Source: Actinomycetota bacterium (lineage in GTDB: Bacteria > Margulisbacteria > Marinamargulisbacteria > GCA-2716485). Taken from it: 47,644 nt of DNA. The stretch spans positions 1 through 47,644 of the forward strand of contig PBBE01000047.1 in assembly GCA_002716485.1 (NCBI GenBank). The letters run 5' to 3'. The notes beneath the pieces are model-generated. The model saw nothing but the letters and a program-made list of their open reading frames with translations, was not told the origin of the DNA and made no database searches. The position numbers and the translations under genes are program-made. Positions 46,454-47,644 of the stretch are shown in pieces (the first letter of the stretch is position 1; every line of letters starts with the position of its first letter).

Positions 46454-47319
46454 CCCTTTCATTGGTACTGAAGACGGCTTCTCGTCGCTTGAGCGCTATT
46501 ACTGATCTGCCGGATCAAGAGGCACAATGGATCTTGGCTCGGTGTATGTCGGTTTCCCATTCTCAGTTAATGGCCTCTTTGTCAGAGGTATTGTCAGAGC
46601 CGGTTCTGTCTGCTTTTGAGGCGATGATTTCGCGGCGCTTGGATGGTGAGCCCTTGGGCTTGGTCTTAGGTGATATTGAGTTTATGGGGCATGTCTATGA
46701 TGTTGAACCCGGGGTGCTCTTGCCTCGGCCTGAGACAGAGCTCTTGCTTCAGGCGGCCTTAGAGTTGGTGTCTGAGATTCAAGGGCCTTTTTACTGTCTA
46801 GAACTGGGTTTTGGGGCTGGTGTACTTAGTATTGAAATGGCGATTCGGTGTCCCAATGCTACGGTTATTGCTTGGGATATTAATCCCATTGCCCACGAGT
46901 TGGCGTTGCGTAATGCGGCCCGATTTCAAGTGACGGGAATTGAATGGATCTTAGATGACTTTTTTTCCTATCAACATCGCTTTGATTCGATGATGGCAAC
47001 GCCACACCCTATCTTGGTTTTGTCTAATCCTCCTTATATCTCAGCAGATCAATATCAGACCCTTGATCCCTCTGTTCGTGACTATGAGCCTCAAAACGCC
47101 TTGCTTGCTCATGAAAATGGGCTTAGTTATTATCGTCGTTTATGTGACTCTTTTCCTGCGGATCGCGTTATGATGGCCTGTGAATTTGGGATTGGTCAAG
47201 AAAAGTCATTGCAGCGTTGCTTGTTGGCGTGGGGGGCGCGGGGAGTGGTGTTTGGTGTTGATCACAAGGATATCCCCCGCCTCTTCACCTCTACCCCTAG
47301 TCACACGTTCTTGGGCTGA
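46450..47319 (+). CDS. prmC: Release factor glutamine methyltransferase
   Basis: RRLDGEPL, VLLPRPETE, ELGFGAG, SNPPYI and YEPQNAL motifs; ATGA overlap with prfA. Confidence 0.95.
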   Translation: MTLSLVLKTASRRLSAITDLPDQEAQWILARCMSVSHSQLMASLSEVLSEPVLSAFEAMISRRLDGEPLGLVLGDIEFMGHVYDVEPGVLLPRPETELLLQAALELVSEIQGPFYCLELGFGAGVLSIEMAIRCPNATVIAWDINPIAHELALRNAARFQVTGIEWILDDFFSYQHRFDSMMATPHPILVLSNPPYISADQYQTLDPSVRDYEPQNALLAHENGLSYYRRLCDSFPADRVMMACEFGIGQEKSLQRCLLAWGARGVVFGVDHKDIPRLFTSTPSHTFLG

Positions 47320-47404
47320 TCAGCGGCGCCATGAGTTCGGTCGTTTAGGGTTACTAAACTTCCCTCTCTCCTGACACCACTGCTCAGCCCAATAACGCGT
47401 GACT
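47299..47404 (-). other. 106-nt imperfect inverted repeat / rod-like hairpin (candidate structured RNA or palindromic element)
   Basis: 33-nt arms at 47299-47331 and 47372-47404, with 27/33 Watson-Crick pairs; 4 of the 6 mismatches become G-U on the minus strand. Inner stem GTTTAG/CTAAAC. Confidence 0.7.
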
Positions 47405-47413
47405 TATTTTTGG

Positions 47414-47644
47414 TTTTGGACATCGCGTTGCTCGTCGTTTTGTTTTGGACATCGCGTTGCTCGTCGTTTTTGGACATCGCGTTGCTCGTCGTTTTTTTTG
47501 GACATCGCGTTGCTTGTCGTTTTGTTTTGGATATCGCGTTGCTTGTCGTTTTGTTTTGGATATCGCGTTGTTCGTCGTTTTGTTTTGGACATCGCGTTTC
47601 TTGTCGTTTTTTGGACATCGCGTTGCTTGTCGTTTTGTTTTGGA
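47414..47644. repeat. Tandem repeat: 20-bp core GGAYATCGCGTTKYTYGTCG plus a 5-9 nt T-rich linker, at least 8 copies, running off the window end
   Basis: Cores start at 47418, 47447, 47472, 47500, 47529, 47558, 47587, 47613 and 47642 (partial); periods are 25-29 bp. Confidence 0.95.

Noticed and set aside
47299-47404. SRP (4.5S) RNA or 6S RNA
   Set aside because: Size and rod shape are similar to SRP RNA, but the GGAA tetraloop/AGCAG domain-IV motif is absent; it is too short and lacks the central bubble of 6S.
47301-47618. ORFs 47301-47618 and 47404-47592
   Set aside because: They are translations of the tandem repeat, which cycles through frames because the unit lengths are not multiples of 3.
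47414-47644. CRISPR array
   Set aside because: Linkers are only 5-9 nt, near-identical T-tracts rather than unique spacers; no cas genes in the window.

Overview
A 47.6-kb bacterial chromosome segment from an AT-rich diderm. It carries an Omp85/TamB pair together with RsbV/RsbW. A Margulisbacteria-like affiliation is a weak impression only. The + strand is strongly G/T-skewed throughout. Housekeeping content: tRNA-Gly(GCC), tamB plus an Omp85-family gene, apgM, purE, an aminotransferase, trxA, dgt, tsf, rpsB, a K+ channel, tgt, rsbV-rsbW, hemW and rpmE-prfA-prmC. A signalling block (16.5-28 kb) holds a double-receiver regulator, two orphan genes and a pseudokinase-AAA-GAF-histidine kinase. 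The main highlight is a tightly coupled minus-strand operon at about 31270-42545. It combines a stripped-down flagellar-type motor (MotA, MotB, FliG, a FliF apparently reduced to its RBM3 ring, and a FliM middle domain only) with non-flagellar envelope parts. These are two paralogous beta-barrel/coiled-coil/TPR proteins, an NHL-repeat lipoprotein, a signal-peptide-bearing S74-chaperone fibre, a PorV/PorQ-like barrel and a stand-alone T9SS-CTD/FlgD-Ig-like protein. No export gate, rod, hook, filament, FliN or Che genes occur in the window. This suggests a repurposed rotary motor for secretion, adhesin movement or surface motility (inference). The window ends with a 106-nt G-U-compatible hairpin overlapping the prmC stop, followed by a non-CRISPR tandem repeat. 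All family calls come from motif recognition by eye; no searches were run.
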